The position numbers and the translations under genes were made by a program. A DNA stretch of 64,000 nucleotides from the human T2T-CHM13v2.0 reference genome, Homo sapiens: the NCBI RefSeq assembly GCF_009914755.1, contig NC_060927.1; one strand, 5' to 3'. The notes beneath the pieces are model-generated. The model ran no database searches. It was not told the origin of the DNA and was given only the letters and a program-made list of their open reading frames with translations. This document shows, in pieces, positions 30,657 to 44,470 of this stretch (its first letter is position 1; every line of letters begins with the position of its first letter).

Positions 30657-31914
30657 TGCATTTTTTTCCTTTATATGTAACATTTTATGAGTTAAATTAC
30701 CAAAGCTAATTTCTTAGTTGTTACATGGATTGGTTAATAGAGTAGAACTTCAGTCATTTGAAATGAATATTGTCTTTTAAGGTATATGTAGTTAATAATT
30801 AGAAAGCAATACAATATATGGCATTTTAAATATTTTACTGAATGAATGAGTGAAATTTAATTAATGTCTTCAATTACAGAAGCCATTAGTTGTGCCTCCT
30901 TGTAGCAAGTAAATGAAATTTTCCATACTCAAACAATGTAAAACTAAAAGATACCTAAATCTTGGTGTTAAAGTCACTTTAATATAAAAACTGTGAAAGA
31001 AGGTCTACATTACCTAAGATGGAATCTGTGGAACCTATCAATAGGCCAAGCTATAATCATTAATGGTTTTGTTTTTTCTTTATATATCTTGTCTAAACAT
31101 TATGTTTAAAATCATTAAATAGAAACTAAACCTTTACAAAACAAATTCCAAAGAAGCTGTATCTTAGGATCCCTCCCTTTGAAGATATATCTCAATAATT
31201 TAATATAAATGTTGGACTCAGTAGAATGTTTGCCATGTCAAATAGAAAAATAAACATCATCCTTTGTATCATTGAGACTTCCTGACTGTTCAATCTGGGA
31301 ATGACTTAAAAAAGAAGCTCAATGTCCTGGATAGTTAATAAATAAATAAATACCTACTGAGCATCTTTTTCATGCCAGCATGGTGCCAGGAGAATACACT
31401 AATGAGTGAAACATGTATGATTACTGATGTGTGGCTAAGCTTGGTATCACCCAGGAACAGAAAGAAATAGGAAAAAAATAAATAAATATAAAAAGCAATG
31501 TGGTTAGAGGACATGAGTGTGAAAAAACTTTGGTAGAGTATGAGATTGGAGCGGTAAGCAGGACCAAGACTCAGGTATTTTCAACTGATTACAATGAACT
31601 CGTGTTCTAAGACAGCGATTTTCCCCTCAAACCTTGTGGCTGAGATTAAAGGCATACCGAAGAGAGGCATCTTATCAGCCTTTGTGTAGCTGGTGGGGAC
31701 CTGGGCTATGTGGAGACTTGGGGTCTGATTTCTTTTGATGGAAAGAAGTCCCATTCTTTTACTCTAAAATGCCATGCACATTATCACATTATGGGTACTA
31801 TGGCAAAAAGGTCTGAAAGACATGAAATGGACTTTTTGACCATTTAAAGGACTTGGGAGGTTATTCTTACTGAAATTTAAAGCCAAAGAAAAGTTGAAAA
31901 CAATGGAATCTGAC

Positions 31915-32606
31915 TGTGTTAGTCTGTTTTCACACTGCTGTAAATGAATACCCAAGACTGGGTAACTTATAAAGGAAAGAGGTTTAATTGACTCACAGTT
32001 GACGTGGCTGGGAAAGGCCTCAGGAAACTTATAATCATAGGGGAATGTGAAGGGGAAGCAAGGGACTTCTTCACGTGGTAGCAGGAGAGAGAAGAGTGAG
32101 GAGTGAAGTGGGAAGAGCCACTTATACAAAATCATCAGACACCTTACTAACTCTCCTGAGAAGAGCATGCGGAAAACCACCTCCATGATCTAACCACCTC
32201 CCCCAAGGGCTTCCCCCTAGACACAAGGGGATTATGTGAGAAGAACATGGGGAAAACCACGGCCATGATGTAATCACCTCCCCCCAGGTCTCCCCCTAGA
32301 CATGAGGGGATTATGTGAGAAGAACATGGGGAAAACCACCTCCATGATCTAATCACCTCCCCCCAGGTTTCCCCCTAGACATGAGGGGATTATGTGAGAA
32401 GAACATGAGGAAAACCACCTCCATGATCTAATCAACTCCCCCCAGGTCTCCCCCTAGACATGAGGGGATTATGTGAGAAGAACATGAGGAAAACCACCTC
32501 CATGATCTAATCAACTCCCCACAGGTCTCCCCCTAGACACGAGGGGATTATGGGGATTATAGTTCAAGATGAGATTTGGGTGAGGACACAAAGCCTAACC
32601 ATATCA
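31915..32606 (-). mobile_element. THE1D/MSTA-type MaLR solo LTR with internal VNTR
   Basis: GACTGGGTAACTTATAAAGGAAAGAGGTTTAATTGACTCACAGTT...GATGAGATTTGGGTG...CCATATCA. Perfect TSD CTGAC at 31910-31914 and 32607-32611. Confidence 0.93.
32157..32552. repeat. VNTR, 79-80-bp unit x5
   Basis: TGAGAAGA unit starts at 32157, 32237, 32316, 32395 and 32474. Confidence 0.96.
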
Positions 32607-32705
32607 CTGACTAGACCTCACTTCCTGCTTTTAGAGAGTAGATTGTAGAAGAGTGAAAAAATAAAGGCAGAGAGACCAATGAGAAGCCTTTTGTAACTGT
32701 CTATT

Positions 32706-32875
32706 CTAGGGTCTCCAGAAGTGTGGTCCAAGGACCAGCAGCATTGGTATCAACTGAAAACTTGCTAGATACTCAAATTTTCAGTACTGACTCCTTCCTG
32801 ATATTTACATTAATCTATGTTTTAACAAGACTGCCAGCTGATTTCAGTGCTCACTAAATTGTGAAAACCACCGCT
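32706..32875. mobile_element. MER5A (hAT-Charlie)
   Basis: AAGTGTGGTCCAAGGACCAGCAGCAT...GTTTTAACAAG...TGTGAAAACCAC. Confidence 0.8.
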
Positions 32876-33478
32876 ATAATCTAGGAATGATGACTTTGGT
32901 AGAATGGTAGTTATAGAGATAGAGAGAAATAAATTTTTTTAAGGGAGGGCAACAATAAATACTGCAGTATCCAAATGTCAGCCACAATGTCCTAATTCCA
33001 ATGGATACTACTAAATAATCCTATTTAATAGAAAAATTCAAAATTATCTGGCATGACTTTATATAATATGCATGTTTATGTAGTATAGAATACGTATATG
33101 TATATATATATATATGTACATATATAGTATGTATCTAGATAATGTGTATATAAGTATGTATACAGACACATGCACAATTTTTTAAGAGAAGTTGCCTTGA
33201 TGAATTTATTTGGGTGTAGGTTCAAACCAAGCAACTATTGGACAGAACAGGCTCTGTTTTGTAGAGATAGACAGGTGTTGAAGTCCAGTCGGAATTCTCT
33301 TGACCTTGGGCACATGTGTGTTTTATAGCACATGATCTGTGATTTCATTTGAGTACTAATGAGAATGCATGAATTGATTCACAAGTACTTCTTGGGAAGA
33401 GCCATGATGGTCTCTACTTGATCAAGATTACAAATTAAAGTCTTTAATTTTTGTAACAAAACAATCATTGACACTTAC

Positions 33479-33608
33479 CTAAATCCTGGTAATAACAAAT
33501 GGTTTTTGTAAAGTGCTTATCTACAGTGACCTTGGCCTCAAATTGGAGCCTAACTGGCTCCTGTGCAAAGTGCCAGCTGATTGGTCCAGAGAGTAAATGT
33601 TGCAAATT
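33479..33608 (-). other. Candidate spliced exon (130 nt), open in phase 0
   Basis: Strong acceptor CTCTTTTTCTTCAG| and strong donor TAG|GTAAGTG. Translates as NLQHLLSGPISWHFAQEPVRLQFEAKVTVDKHFTKTICYYQDL. Confidence 0.5.
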
Positions 33609-33880
33609 CTGAAGAAAAAGAGATCACAGTCTAGGTGCAGATTGTCAGAGAAACCATGTTGATGATGAGAGGTGTAAATGGGGCTTTGCAGGCACGTTGG
33701 GAGTGAAACAGGCAGGAGGAAGACATGGTACACGATGAGAAAAGCAGTTGCCAAGGAGGGAGGTGGATATGGTCACAGTGTGATCAGGCAGAGCACAGGC
33801 CGTTCTAGACATGAAGCTCTGTGTTTCTGGAGTGGAGTAGTATTTACAAGGCTTGATTGTTAATCTAGAGCTGTACTTTC

Positions 33881-34126
33881 TTTATTATTATGCTGTAAGT
33901 TCTGGGGTACCTATGCAGAACATGCAGGTTTGTTACATAGGTATACACTTCCCATAGTGGTTTGCTGCACCCACCAAACCATCATCTACATTAGGTATTT
34001 GTCCTAATGCTCTCCCTCCCATAACCCCCACCCCCCGACAGGCCCCAGTGTGTGATGTTCCCTCCCTGTGTCCATGTGTTCTCATTGTTCAACTCCCACT
34101 TAGAAGTGAGAACATGCGGTGTTTGG
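33881..34126 (-). mobile_element. L1PA7-like 3' end
   Basis: L1 3' UTR in antisense. TSD GCTGTACTTTC / GCTATACTTTC. Confidence 0.92.
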
Positions 34127-35944
34127 CTATACTTTCAAAGGGAGTGTTGGTTAACCGGATGTCCAGGCAAGTCTTCAAAAATAGTTTCAGTGGGGATTTT
34201 TATGATAAAACTAGTATATTAAGTAAATTATTTGAAGGGTGTGATGACATTCAAGATTCGTTGAAGTAGAAGGAAACTTTGAAGCATGTTTTAGAGACAT
34301 CTAGAATAATCTAAGTGCTATGATTGGAGTGAAATGAAAAATAGAAAAAAGATGCTCTTTGATTTTGTGTAGTAGGAAAGGCATTGCATTGGAAAACAGT
34401 AAATTTCCTGTGGGTGAGGTGACGTCCTGCTTTTTTTTTCCACACCGTTCATCTAAATCACCAATAGATACATATACAAGAGATACTTATCATTATCCAA
34501 TTGGTAGAATTTCAGTTGTGGAATGATCAGAAATTACTTGTACAGCCATAAACACTGAGGGTTTTGGGCTGCACTCATAGAGACTACATAATCCTAAGGT
34601 CACTTCCAACTCTAAAATGTCAGAACTTAGTAAATGAGAAAGGTACTTCCTCTACATAAAGCAAGAAAATATAGTTTAACATGTAGTAATTATCTTCCAT
34701 TTTACAATAAAAATATAGTCCTATGGAAGTTGTAGATTTGGGAGGACATTTCCATAGAAAGATAAATCTCTCCTCATCCAAACAGTTTTGGTTTATGAAA
34801 TTTGTAAAGATAGGAATCTATCAATAGCATCTCATTTACATTTCATTAAAATGGTCACCTCTTGGTAGCGTGGTTATCTGTGATAAAAGCGTATTTCTAT
34901 TCCCCACTCACAGGTATTTCCTAGTTTACTGGCCTTTCTAAAACTTTAACTCTGTTATTGAATAACTATTTCATGATGCCATGGCTTCCCGGGATCTTAA
35001 GGACATGGGGAAATAAAAACAATGAAGAAGAAAAGCACATTAACAAAGAAAGACTAAGAAGTCGTTCAAACAAACGACGATGTCAAAATCCATCAATAAA
35101 CATATTCGCATTCAGTGAACAAACACTTACTGGTCATTTGCTATGTGCTGGGTGCTGTTTTAGCGCAGAAGATATAGCAGAGAACAGAACGGAGGAAAAT
35201 CCCTGTCCTTGTGGAGCTTATATACTTGTATGTTTGAAGTTTTAGAAAATAAGCTTCGTGACTGAAACTCTTGATTCAGAAAATTCTTGAGCTTTAGGTT
35301 CATGCTCAGTTATATTACTAAGTGAATAGAGTAGCCCATTTCACACCTTAGCCTTCAGATCCAAAGATGAAAAATATGTTTCTGCACAAAATGCTCAAAT
35401 ATATTCCTGAAACAAATGGTGTGTGATATAAAAGCTCATTTTCGGATTGTTGCTAATTGTGTCTCTTACATATACTTTTGCTTCATTCAGTGTGAACTTA
35501 TAATAGTAAAAAATGATTATACATTTCCAGGAGGAAAAAATGTACTGTCTGAATGATAGGAAATGTAATGGTTATTCCTTGTGTAATGTTTTATCATTGG
35601 CTCCAATGGATTAGGACAATTTTCATGATGGAATTGTGAATAATTAAATATTCACACGTGAAGCAAAGTGAGAAGAGATTAGAATCCTATTTAAGGGATA
35701 CTAGAACTGTCAGATACTATAAATAAAGTATGTTGAGTAGAAAGCAAGGAAAGTGCTGATTACCACTCTGAAATATTATCTTCATAGTCACTGAAATGTA
35801 ATTTTTTTTCCCTAAATGACTGAAAACTTTGAGACATTCCTTTTTCCCCCTTTATTAAGCGGTCAAATAATGGATCTTGGTTAATGCATTTCCTTATTGC
35901 CAAATATAGCAATTACATTATGAAGCTGCTTTCTAAAGCAGTTG

Positions 35945-36345
35945 TTGTGCGGCCCTGTTCTAGCCAGTTACATTATGGATCTGTGCACTCTTGGCTACTA
36001 AAAACACAACTGCCCCCTTCTTCAGATACTCCTTGACCAAATGCGACTAGGAGGCATAGAGCTCTCCTTCACCCTATGGAGCGGGGCAGTCTCAGCTACT
36101 ACCTTGTACTATTATAATATTAGATACAAAAGGCTGGCTTCTTTATGTCAAAGTAGGACTATTGTTGTGATACAGCTTAGACTTCAGAGCTTCCTGGTAG
36201 AATCAGGGAGAAGCTAGTCTCTAGCTGAAGGCCACATATTTGTTTAGCTTCTGTTTCTCTGCTCTGTCTTTCCTGTGCCCTTCATGTCCCTTCACCTGAA
36301 AGCATGTTCCCAAATAAATCTCCGAAGCAAGAAATCCCACATCTA
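35945..36345 (+). mobile_element. Old ERVL LTR remnant (LTR16-like)
   Basis: TTGTGATACA..TTAGACTTCAGAGCTTCC...CCCAAATAAATC..CAAGAAATCCC resembles the LTR16 3' half. Confidence 0.5.
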
Positions 36346-36683
36346 GGCAGGGCGTGGTGGCTCGGTCTTGCAATCCCAGCACTTTGGAAGGCTGCGGTGG
36401 GAGGATTGCTTGAGCCCTGGAATCGGAGATCAACCAGGGCAACATAGTGAGACCCTGTCTCTACAAAATATAAAAAATTGGCAAGACATGGTGGTGCATG
36501 CCTGTGGTCCCAGCTAGCTGGGAGGCAAAGGTGGGAAGGTCGCCTGAGCCCGGGAGTTGAAGCCGCAGTGACCCGTGATAGTGCCACTGCACTCCAGCCT
36601 GGGCCACAGAGCACAGGGAGATCCTGTCATGTCAACAACAACAAAACAACAACAAAACAACTGAATGAACAAAACAAACAAAC
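36346..36683 (+). mobile_element. AluJ (Jo-like) with (CAA)-rich tail
   Basis: Dimeric Alu. Degenerate TSD AAATCCCACATCTA / AAATCCTGATCTA. Confidence 0.93.
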
Positions 36684-36729
36684 AAATCCTGATCTAACAC
36701 GTAACGTATTTATAGATGGAAGTAAGTTG

Positions 36730-37450
36730 CTGCATGGACGATTCCCCCGCTTCTAGGCCTTTACTGGCTCTTTAAATCTGTAAAAACGGCTAATCCCTGT
36801 AACAACTCACAAACAAAAGGCAATTCCAGGGGGTTTCTCATTCCTTTACTTTCCCATTTGCTGAGTCGCTTGATTAACCTTTTTCTCTCGGACTTCGGAT
36901 GCCAGGTTGCAAAGTTGACTTTGGTATCCTCTCGCGGCCCCTTTAGCCCATTACATGTCACTTCTGATATTTTGAACCCTGTGCTGCAGCTTCCAGCTCC
37001 TTGAGCACTGCCGGTCCTTCTATTTTTCTTACCATTCTGCTGAGGATGCACCCTGTCCCCCAAAGCCCTGCCGTAACTCCCTCAGGGAATGGAGGGTGGG
37101 GACACGCAGGGGAGGGGGCAGTAAGGTCATGTGGTATTTTGTTTTGTCTTGGTAAAGTATAAGGAAAGAGAAAGCAAAGAGACACATCTCTCATTATCAC
37201 TTATATTACAAAACAGTATAAATAAGCTAAAGAGAAAACACAGTAGTACCCAAAGGCCTGAGAAGCAGCCGGGAGTCTCTGGGAGAGACCCACTCTTAGA
37301 GCTTTAAGCTGGAGGGCTGAGGACGATAAAAACTGCAGGAGCTTAGGAAACCAACAGTAAAAACCATGAGAAGTAGCAGAAGACAGCACTTGCAGGCGTG
37401 ATGCCTGCAGATAAGAAAAGTGCTCTTCACCATTTCCCCTGTCGTTTACC
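36730..37450. promoter_or_regulatory. Candidate promoter/enhancer (CpG-retaining, GC-richer island)
   Basis: About 15 CpGs in ~720 bp against a CpG-poor background, plus CTAATCCC, AACAAAAG and G-runs at 37085-37118. Not recognisably a repeat. Confidence 0.45.
37033..37147 (-). other. Candidate exon (first or internal) ending ATG|GTAAGA
   Basis: Donor GAATG|GTAAGA at 37033/37032. A long pyrimidine tract ends ...TTTACCAAG| at 37148. Confidence 0.35.
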
Positions 37451-37764
37451 TCCCTGTAGCCAAGTTAATAATCTTATATCTGCCCTCAATATTTTTTTAT
37501 TTCTTGGGGTAATTTATGCAGTGAACAAATATAATATTATCTTTTCCACTTATGGAGATTAAAAGCTCTTTAGTACTGAATACAATAAAATAGAAACCAA
37601 CATTTTGTGTTTATTCATACAGTATAGTTCTTGTCTATTAGCAAAGTAGAGAACAATGTAAGTTTTTTTCTTTTTTTTTAATTTGGGAAGAAGGGAGCTT
37701 GGGGGAGGAGCTGGAGGACAAATTTGATTCTATTGTCAGAATATGGTTAACAGTAAATAGCAAC

Positions 37765-37960
37765 TAATAATTATGTATTTACTGTGCCAGGCACTCTTGT
37801 AAGCATTTTACATGTCATATCTTATTGAATCTACATAGAAACAACCTAAGAAATGGATTATTATTCTTTTCTATTTTAGGAACAAGGCAACTGAAGTTTA
37901 GAGAGATTCAATGTACACAGCCTGTAAGAGGTAAAGCCAGCAATAGAACTTGAGAGACTG
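37765..37960 (-). mobile_element. MIR remnant
   Basis: TTTACTGTGCCAGGCACTC..TAAGCATTTTACATG...AACAACC...GCAACTGAAGTTTAGAGAG. Confidence 0.75.
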
Positions 37961-40900
37961 CTCAGATGTAGCAAAGGCTAGCCAGCTGTCCTGGACATCA
38001 CTTCTTCCTTTGTCTTTGTAACATAAATTTTGGCTGGACCTAGGGGTGATGAAGTAATTTGGTGCTATGTCCCCTTTCTGGGTCCTGTGATTGACAGGAA
38101 GAAACAGGCACTCACTATCTTTCCAACCAACTTCCTGTTGCCTGGAAGGTGGACAGGAGGTTTGAACTGAATTACTTGTCTTGGATTATATGGTAGAAAC
38201 CATTTATGTGGATGGCAATGGAGAAAAATCAATCAAGCCCCTAATAATTGTGGCATTACATTTCCAGTCCTGGGCAGTTCAGGCTTATAGATGATAAAAA
38301 CACAAACTGCTATTTTGCTTGAGACATATTCTTTCACAACTTTTCTTGAAGCTGCCTAACTTACGGCCTAATTAATTCAGAGAAGCAGAATAACACATTA
38401 GAAGAAGTATTGGACTGGACGTCAGGAGCCTGGAAATCTAGACCTCGCACTGAGGCAAAAAGAAAAGTATGGTTGTAGACAAATTATGGGATAATGGGTA
38501 AAATGGGTGTGTTAGAATAGACAATACTGAAGGTCTTTTCTAATTACAAAATGCTATAAAAAATTCAAAATATGAATAAAAGTAACTATTCAGACCCCAT
38601 CACTTAATACATTTGGAACTTTAATAGTCTGTGTCTTCGGTATCTAGATGTTAAGTGTCAGCCTAACATCATCCTTTTTATGGAATTCTTTACACAAAAT
38701 AGGTTCTGTTTCAACAAAATAGAATATGTTTTGAAATTGGCTTACAAATTCACCGATGAAATTAAACAGTGTGTAAATATTGTCACTCATAATAAGGCAT
38801 TTTCCTAAAAAACTCTGAATTTTCAATTTGCCTCTTTAAAATGGGAAAACAGAATCCATTACCAGAATATTTTTAATACTTAAATATTTCTCATGTCATT
38901 TGTAATCTAGACCTTACACAATTTCTTTCTATACTGAAAAATATCAATATTGACATAAGTATTTGTAATGCTTCAAATATGTGGGTTAAGTGGGAAGGTC
39001 GGCCAGAGCTTGAACCCTTTTGGGGCAGCGCCCAATACCTATTTTAGTCACTGCTGTGTTTTCTATGTGCAGCAATGTTCCTGGGAATATTGTAGAAATT
39101 CCATTTGTATTCATTGAATGAATGGATGGATGAATCTAACTACCTAATTGTGACAGATAATTAACATGAATTGTTGACAAAAATACCTACAGTGGAAGCT
39201 CTTTGGGAAAATGATCCTAAAATACAATACTCATTACATTATAAAAAATGAGTTTCTATTTAGTCATTCAAAAATAATTTTTAAAATAAATGATTTTGGT
39301 TTATCTTTCTCTTATTTGATGATTTTTTATTTCATATAATCATCAATCTTTAATCTTAATATTCTATTTTGTATCTTATACCATTTTGAATTTAAAATTT
39401 TTCTCTAGTCTCAAAGGGCTTGGGAATTCTTGCTAAGCATTACATCTTCTGCTCAATTTATCTATAATAAATTTTCTGAATTATTCTCTCTAGCCATTGC
39501 TCAGAATAAGAAATCCAAATATTTACTTTGCTCTGCTGAATGATACTTGCTCCCTGGGCACAGACAAGTCATACTTCAAAGGTCTGCTACTACTGCTGAC
39601 TCCCCTTCATTCCAACAGCCACACTAAGTTGTTATATTCTGGAGAAGTTTTCTACCTTCTAAAGGAAAAGGAGAATTAGAATGACCCAAGAGCTTTTAAT
39701 ACCCACATTAAATAAAGAGAAGAAGCTGAATTTTATGAAAGGTACATATATATGCTTTTTGTTTTCCATGTGTGTTATGTATTACTCATTATATGTTAGC
39801 AACATGGAAGAGCCCATTGAAAATAACACACTTTCTAGGTGGTATGTGTATTTTGTTAGTGAAGAAGTTTTTTTTTTCCAAACCAGATTATTTTTTCAAT
39901 GATCAGGAAATGGTGTGTTTGACTCCTATTTCCTGCATATCATCTCACAAGAGTAACTCTTTGAACAGCTCTGAAGCAGTAAATGAAATATTGACTGAGT
40001 TACTTGTCATTTAATTTGCAATGATTTCAGTGCTTTTCAAGTGCTAGGCAAGGCACAGGGTATAATTCAATTGTATCATTTCTTGTAATTTGAGGACGTA
40101 AGTCTACAGCTCAAAAGTTAACTGGAATGCAGAAAGGTTAATGGAGGTTTTGAAAACTAATTAGTAAATAAATGTCATGTCATGTCTGATTAGTTACTCA
40201 GCATTTTCTGGTTTACAACTTTTTCCTGCATTTTTGTTAAAATTCTGTATAAAATGTTTCATGAGTTTTTACGAACACTTTCTAATTATTAGTAGGTTTA
40301 TGCATTTAAATAATATCAAGTCACGTTCAGGGAATAGGCCACCTTAGTATTATTCCCTAGAAGTTATAACAAACTTATTTTGTTACTGCTGTGCATAATT
40401 TTTCCCACCCAACTAGAAAAGGATTTATTTTGAGTGAGAATTTTAGGCATGCTGAATTCTAGACTAGAGCATCTAATTCTCTAATCAGTCTTAATTAAAT
40501 TTTATGGGTAAGTTCTAATGACTGCTATGTTGACTCTATTTCTTTTTACAGAGATAAAGTATATAACTTTATTAGAATTGACTTGGTTTATCAGCCAAAT
40601 CCTTCCTATCATTTATTGCAATTTGAACTTTGGAATTAGGAACACAGTTAAAATTGATGACCCTGGAAATTCTTATTTTTTCCATCTTAGTTGTAAATTA
40701 TCAGGCCTGGAACACAACTGTAATGCTCAAGGGTGACCAGCAAATAGGTGTAAAAAATAGTTCTATATTATCAGAGACAGGCCATCAGGGCTACAAATTC
40801 TAGTTTCTGTTGTACTACCATGCCAGCTATTTGAAGAGAAACATCGTTTCCATACATCCATCTACACAGTTGTTCTTCAAGACATTTGGAATCACACTTT

Positions 40901-41453
40901 TCCATTCCTTGTTACTTAGACTTCTTACGTGTGTTCAATCTGTTACCATATCCTGTTGGATTTGACAGTAAAATCAATTGTGAGTTAGTGCCACTTCACT
41001 TTATTTTTATGGCCACTGCTCCAATCAAAAAGTCTCCATGGTATCTCCCCAGGATAACTTTAGCCTCTTCCCAAACCTCCCCACATGCATTCTTGATCTT
41101 CTAAAGTTCATTTTTCACCAAATAATTAGACTGCTATTGAAAACATAAATTAGATCACATTAGCTTTCCATTAAATATATTCAAAATTTTAACATTACAT
41201 TTAGAATAAAATCCAAATTCTTTATTACTCTAACCCATTTTCTGAAAGTTGGCACCTGTCCTATCTATGCGCTATGACACATTGGGCTTCTTTTAGTTTC
41301 TTAAATAATAAGCAGGATTTTGTTGTTGTTGTTTGTTTGTTTTGAAACCTGAGGACCCACGCTGCTTCATTTGCTGACTGCTCTCTCTTCCTGATTTGAT
41401 ATGGTTTGGTCTTACTCATTCTTCAACTCGCATCTTAAATTTTAATTCCTTAA

Positions 41454-42413
<960 letters not shown>

Positions 42414-44299
42414 AAGAAATTCTTCCAGACTTTCATAATCTAAAATGATCTTCCAACTATTCCACTCCTATTTTGTTTTGGATTAGTTGTCATGGCACTG
42501 ATACATTTTGTCATAGTGTGTGCATTTGTTTACTTCCCTCTCTAAACCCTGTCATTTCACCAACCTCTAAACTCCATGAAAAGACCTATGCTGTTTAGTA
42601 AAGTCTAGCCTGCTTACCTGAGTCTCTGCTGTTTACCAAAGTCTGTGCTGTTTACGCTGGTACTAGCACAGATATGTGTTCAATCATCAAAATGTAAATT
42701 TTCTAACATGATTGACTGATTTTCTAAGACACACATGTATTTCGTGTTTTTTGGGAGACTAAAGGGATTTGAAGTGGAATGAAAAACTGGGAATTCTTTG
42801 GAATAATTGGTGATGTACATGTGCACATCTTTGATAAGGTCTTCGTTATTTTATAAGTAGTTAATAATTATACTTGAATTTGGTTGAACTTCGTGAAATA
42901 TTAAGAGACAACTTGTTAATAAAGCAAAGCTAAATGAGTTAAAACTTAGTGTAGTAAGAAAGAACATCACCACCACACAGTACTAACAGTGCCTCAGAAC
43001 TGGGAAGTCAAAATGGATATTTATACAGTTGGAGAGTCAGGACTTGAGCGGTTAAAACTGAGATTCTCAAGGCAGGCAACTGATTGGGAAGTTTATAATA
43101 TAACAATCCAGGATTGGGAGATATAGCAAAGTAAAGATTTTAAATAAGAGAATTTTAATAAGTGAATTACTTATGATAACTCAACTATTTACCCAGGTGA
43201 GCCAGATTCTATCTTTAATAAATGGATCTGCAGGAACTGCCTAAAGCAGAAAGAAAAGTTATTATTATTTTGCAATCTTACTTTTCCCAGGCAAAACTTT
43301 TCTGTTGCAAGCAACTAAGTCATGTTTACACAGGTGATTTCAATGATTAGTGCTTTTAGCTATGCCATGTTTGATGAGCGTGGTCACAGTGTGTCTATGG
43401 AATAATAATACTTTACTGCAGAAAATTATTTGGCTATATTATTTGCAAGAAAGCCAAAAGACAGACAATTCCACAATGCGTTTAACTAACTGGAACAAAT
43501 GGAATGAGAGAGAGGAATATTTGCAAAGATGGACTTTCCAATTTAGACCACCGTTTCTCAAAGGATATTTGAAGAATGTTGCTTCTAAGAAAGCTTCAAG
43601 ATATTATTATAGAATCTGTCTTTACATACATTGGAAATCACTGAGTTAAATAATGTCAAACAGGTATTTCCCCCCTCTTCAAGGCATTTCAGAGTCTTTA
43701 ATATGTTAAGGTATGTTGTAAGTTTCCAACAGTAAGATAAAGAAAATTTCCCATGTTTATTTAACTAAAGTACTCTTACATTGTGGAGGGTCTCCTGGGA
43801 CCAATGAATAATGGAGGTCAGTTTATGAAATGCTGTTATCAGTTAACAAAATTATGTAATATCAAAATTGTATTCCTGCCAGCAGTGGTGCAGAAAAATA
43901 TACAAAAACAAGCAAACAGAAAAGAAATTTTATAGTTACACTGCTTTTAGCTTCAAAACCAGGTGTGAATAAAAGTCTATAACCCAGAATATTAGAAATC
44001 ACATATCGGAATGTAAATAATAGTTTACTGAGATTACTTGATGATCCTTTTGGGAACAAATAAAATAACCTAGTTTTGAGTAATGTTTTTATTTTGCATA
44101 TTTATTGTATACTGAAATCAGATCTGTATCAACGACATTCCTTTTCATTAGAGAGCAAAAATCACACTGGGTGTGAATGAAAATTTCAAATCTATCATAT
44201 TTTAGGGAAGTGTTGTCCGTGCATAAGTAGTTAATCGTTTTGCGTGTAGGAGAGTTTGGGTTGCCATATCTTTATAATAGTCTCCATGGAACCCATCTG

Positions 44300-44470
44300 A
44301 CATGTGCTAGCACTGCCTTTCTTAAGGAGTATGGCCTTGAACAGTTTCATATCCCTGCGCTTCAGTTTACTCAAGGGTGAAATGAATGACGTAGGAATGC
44401 TCTGAGAATAAAATCTGTTGACATATCTGGTAAAGCACTCGAAACAATGCTTTGCAAATTTTAAGTACTA
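44300..44470 (+). mobile_element. MIR remnant
   Basis: GGCCTTGAACAG...GCTTCAGTTTACTCA...AAATG...TGAGAATAAAAT...GTAAAGCACTCGAAACAATGC. Confidence 0.65.
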
